A stretch of 34,253 nt of DNA from contig JAJTHA010000046.1 of the NCBI GenBank assembly GCA_021299565.1, positions 1 through 34,253 of the forward strand, given 5' to 3'. This document shows positions 32,858 to 34,253 of the stretch, piece by piece. This DNA comes from Candidatus Caenarcanales bacterium (GTDB taxonomy: Bacteria > Cyanobacteriota > Vampirovibrionia > LMEP-6097). How positions within the stretch are numbered: position 1 is the stretch's first letter; every line of letters begins with the position of its first letter. A model generated the notes under the pieces. The model was not told the DNA's origin, searched no databases, and worked only from the letters and a program-made list of their open reading frames with translations. The position numbers were made by a program, and so were the translations under genes.

Positions 32858-33592
32858 GTGGCGATTATTATCGAATTTCTAAAAGGTGTACTTAAAAAAC
32901 TTGTTACTTTAGCAGTAGTAGCATCTCTAGCTTTTTGGGGATGGAATACATACAAGAATAAAAGAGAGTCAAGGACCTTTATCGTAAGTTTCAATGATGT
33001 TGAGGGTTTGACAAAGGGCTCACCGATTTATGCAAATGGCATTAAGGTTGGTAAAGTTATTCAGATTTTGCCTCTTGGTAATACCAATAGTGTTGGAGTG
33101 AAAGGTTTAATCACTAGTAAAGATTTTCCTAATCCCGGCTCATCCGTTAGAGCAAGAATTATCAATAATATAGAAAGTGGTGGGGGCAAAATTCTAGATG
33201 TGGTTGCCATGAATGTAGATACTAAGCAAGCTTTGGGTAAAGGGGAAAATCCTTATATTCTCAAGCATACACTTAGAATCACAAGAGATTTTTTCCAGAT
33301 GTCGAAAGATTTTTCTAATGATGTTTATCATTTAGTCTCTTCCAAAGAATCAGAAAGCAATAAAGAAAAAATAGAAAATGCTGTGCAAAATACAGTTACA
33401 AGTATTGAGTATGGCACAGTACAAAATGACATCAAAAACCAGATGCATCATTTAAATAAAGAAATTAAAGAATTGGAAAAGAATCCTAATAAAAAGCGCA
33501 AAGCAGAAAAAGAAATGGAGAATCAAGCAAAAGCACTCAAGAACACACTTTCAAGCTTTGGATCTCTAGCAGATGTCTATAGAGAAGAATAG
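32858..33592 (+). CDS. MlaD/MCE-domain protein with a coiled-coil C-terminus
   Basis: N-terminal TM helix, then FIVSFNDVEGLTKGSPIYANGIKVGKVIQI (MlaD signature). GTG start, with TGATATACA at 32840-32848 upstream. Confidence 0.65.
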   Translation: MAIIIEFLKGVLKKLVTLAVVASLAFWGWNTYKNKRESRTFIVSFNDVEGLTKGSPIYANGIKVGKVIQILPLGNTNSVGVKGLITSKDFPNPGSSVRARIINNIESGGGKILDVVAMNVDTKQALGKGENPYILKHTLRITRDFFQMSKDFSNDVYHLVSSKESESNKEKIENAVQNTVTSIEYGTVQNDIKNQMHHLNKEIKELEKNPNKKRKAEKEMENQAKALKNTLSSFGSLADVYREE

Positions 33593-33602
33593 AGACAATT
33601 TT

Positions 33603-33611
33603 TGCTAAAAT
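33603..33611 (+). promoter_or_regulatory. Extended -10 box TGCTAAAAT, 8 nt upstream of the ubiX ATG
   Basis: Motif match. Confidence 0.4.
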
Positions 33612-33619
33612 TATCTCTA

Positions 33620-34253
33620 ATGAACAAAGATTTACCTATAGTGCTGGGAATTACAGGGGCTAGTGGAGCGATTTATGGCTATAGGATTTTGGAATTTTTG
33701 CTACAAAATGGGTATAAAGTCGATTTAGTACTTTCGGATAATTCGCTGAAAGTAGCAGCGGCAGAGTTGAGTTTTCATTTACCTCAATCAAATCTACTTG
33801 ATAAAGCACAATTGATTTTGAATCAAATTAATTCAGAAGCTTATTCGGCAAATTTACAAATTTGGGATCACACTAACGTTGCAGCCGCAATTTCAAGCGG
33901 TTCTTATAAAACACAAGGAATGATAATTGCTCCTTGTAGCATGGGTACCATTGGGAATATAGCTAGTGGGACTTCCAATAATCTAATTACTAGAGCGGCT
34001 GATGTCATTATTAAAGAAAGGCGCAAATTGGTTTTGGTCGCAAGAGAAACGCCACTAAGTACTATTCACTTGCGTAATATGCTTGCTTTGAGCGAGAGCG
34101 GTGTTGTGGTTTTACCTGCAGCTCCGGGTTTTTATCATCAACCACAATCAATTGATGATTTGGTGAATTTTATTGTGGGTAAAACTCTTGATGTTTTTGG
34201 TGTGGAAAACTCTAGTTTCAAACGCTGGCTAGGAGAGCGTTATAATGAACTTA
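33620..34253 (+). CDS. ubiX: Flavin prenyltransferase UbiX; 3' end runs off the window
   Basis: My own translation finds no stop before the window end. It reads MNKDLPIVLGITGASGAIYGYRILEFL...IIAPCSMGTIGNIASGTSNNLITRAADVIIKERRKLVLVARETPL. This ORF is absent from the ORF track because it has no stop codon. Confidence 0.9.
   Translation, partial: MNKDLPIVLGITGASGAIYGYRILEFLLQNGYKVDLVLSDNSLKVAAAELSFHLPQSNLLDKAQLILNQINSEAYSANLQIWDHTNVAAAISSGSYKTQGMIIAPCSMGTIGNIASGTSNNLITRAADVIIKERRKLVLVARETPLSTIHLRNMLALSESGVVVLPAAPGFYHQPQSIDDLVNFIVGKTLDVFGVENSSFKRWLGERYNEL

Overview
This is a visibly AT-rich, very gene-dense bacterial chromosomal segment using the standard genetic code, with about 30 credible CDS. 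I recognised no rRNA, tRNA, CRISPR array, transposase or integrase.

Housekeeping genes:
- gltB-gltD (glutamate synthase)
- leuB, xthA, ispE, secD, acpS, ssb, dnaK
- a 3'-truncated ubiX
- a 5'-truncated thioredoxin-reductase-like gene

Accessory and poorly understood content:
- a redox trio: the TrxR-like gene, a cupin fused to a YdhS-like flavoprotein, and a nitroreductase
- a RelB/DinJ-RelE/ParE toxin-antitoxin cassette whose toxin is split by a 1-nt frameshift in an A-run
- a lemA-TPM-TPM operon
- an orphan Cache/HAMP/PAS chemoreceptor
- an orphan DppB-type permease
- a small secreted CxxC protein followed by a MidA-like methyltransferase
- a zero-gap three-gene block: a tandem-SpoA FliM/FliN/SctQ-like protein, a lipoprotein fusing two solute-binding domains, and a Rossmann-like protein
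- a PDZ-radical-SAM (DUF512-like) gene
- a DUF3326-like gene sitting where secF is expected

Most notable observations read directly from the DNA:
1. A TGnTAnAAT-type extended -10 box lies only 6-12 nt upstream of at least 14 start codons, with no Shine-Dalgarno sequence. This implies mostly leaderless or near-leaderless mRNAs.
2. All six convergent gene junctions overlap.
3. A single GC-rich REP/REPIN-like inverted doublet lies downstream of dnaK, and its two copies show compensatory stem changes.
4. The tandem-SpoA / dual-SBP / Rossmann-like block is the best candidate for an undescribed system, but linking its three genes functionally is speculative.

The marker mix (DUF512, DUF3326, tail-less SSB, TrxR-like protein without NADPH motifs) hints at a cyanobacteria-related non-photosynthetic lineage. 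That is inference only.
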